From contig OZ024741.1 in assembly GCA_964016885.1 (NCBI GenBank), positions 205,592,001-205,656,000 of the forward strand: 64,000 bases of DNA, read 5' to 3'. The stretch comes from Eledone cirrhosa (lineage: Eukaryota). Positions 63,682-64,000 of the stretch are shown here, piece after piece; position 1 is the stretch's first letter; each line of letters starts with the position of its first letter. The position numbers were made by a program, and so were the translations under genes. Below the pieces are notes generated by a model. The model saw nothing but the letters and a program-made list of their open reading frames with translations, was not told where the DNA came from and did no database searches.

Positions 63682-64000
63682 TTACCACATACAACATTTT
63701 CCAATTTGTTTACTCATCACGCCGTCTTTCCACATTTCTTTACCATTTGTATACATTCTAAAAAAAACACTGTCGCCAATTTTGACAAATTTTGTATTAT
63801 TTTTGTTATCCGATATTTTTCTTTTTCGACCTGATAACAGTTTGTCAACCACTGACTTAATTTTCCTTGCAAATATCAATTCCGCAGGGGTATTAGGATG
63901 AGGCGTTACACGGTATACCCGTAATAATTCTTGAAGTGCTAAATCATCTACTATTTCATTGTTTGCTTTCTTTAAGGCCCTCTTAAATGTATCCACAAAC
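63682..64000 (-). pseudogene. Ty3/Gypsy integrase C-terminal fragment
   Basis: DTFKRALKK...LLRVYRVTPHPNTPAELIFARKIKS...IGDSVF, the typical end of the integrase core. Confidence 0.85.

Overview
Eukaryotic, microsatellite-rich, repeat-dominated DNA with no recognisable host protein-coding gene. The tRNA-derived SINEs and microsatellite load look cephalopod (Octopus-like); that is an inference. From start to end: a 13.4-kb C-poor TG/TGG/TGA satellite with a ~6.19-kb higher-order period; several Penelope-like element (PLE) remnants with GIY-YIG endonuclease and about ten minimal hammerhead-ribozyme motifs, most sitting in the arms of fold-back elements embedded in or next to (TA)n; an exact 4 x 620-bp tandem array carrying hammerhead core segments in a non-standard order; three head-to-tail Tx1/L1-clade LINEs, each ending in AATAAAGAA-(ATCT)n, whose ORF2 is bracketed by conserved splice-donor and splice-acceptor motifs; an intact RTE LINE with three C-terminal C2H2 fingers; Helitron-type ends, hAT MITEs, a hAT transposase remnant, SINEs, minisatellites and the 3' end of a Gypsy element. 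Best leads: (i) ribozyme-tipped fold-back PLE derivatives, (ii) (ATCT)n-associated Tx1 LINEs with ORF2 possibly spliced out as one intron, (iii) the 620-bp multimer. All RNA folds were done by eye.
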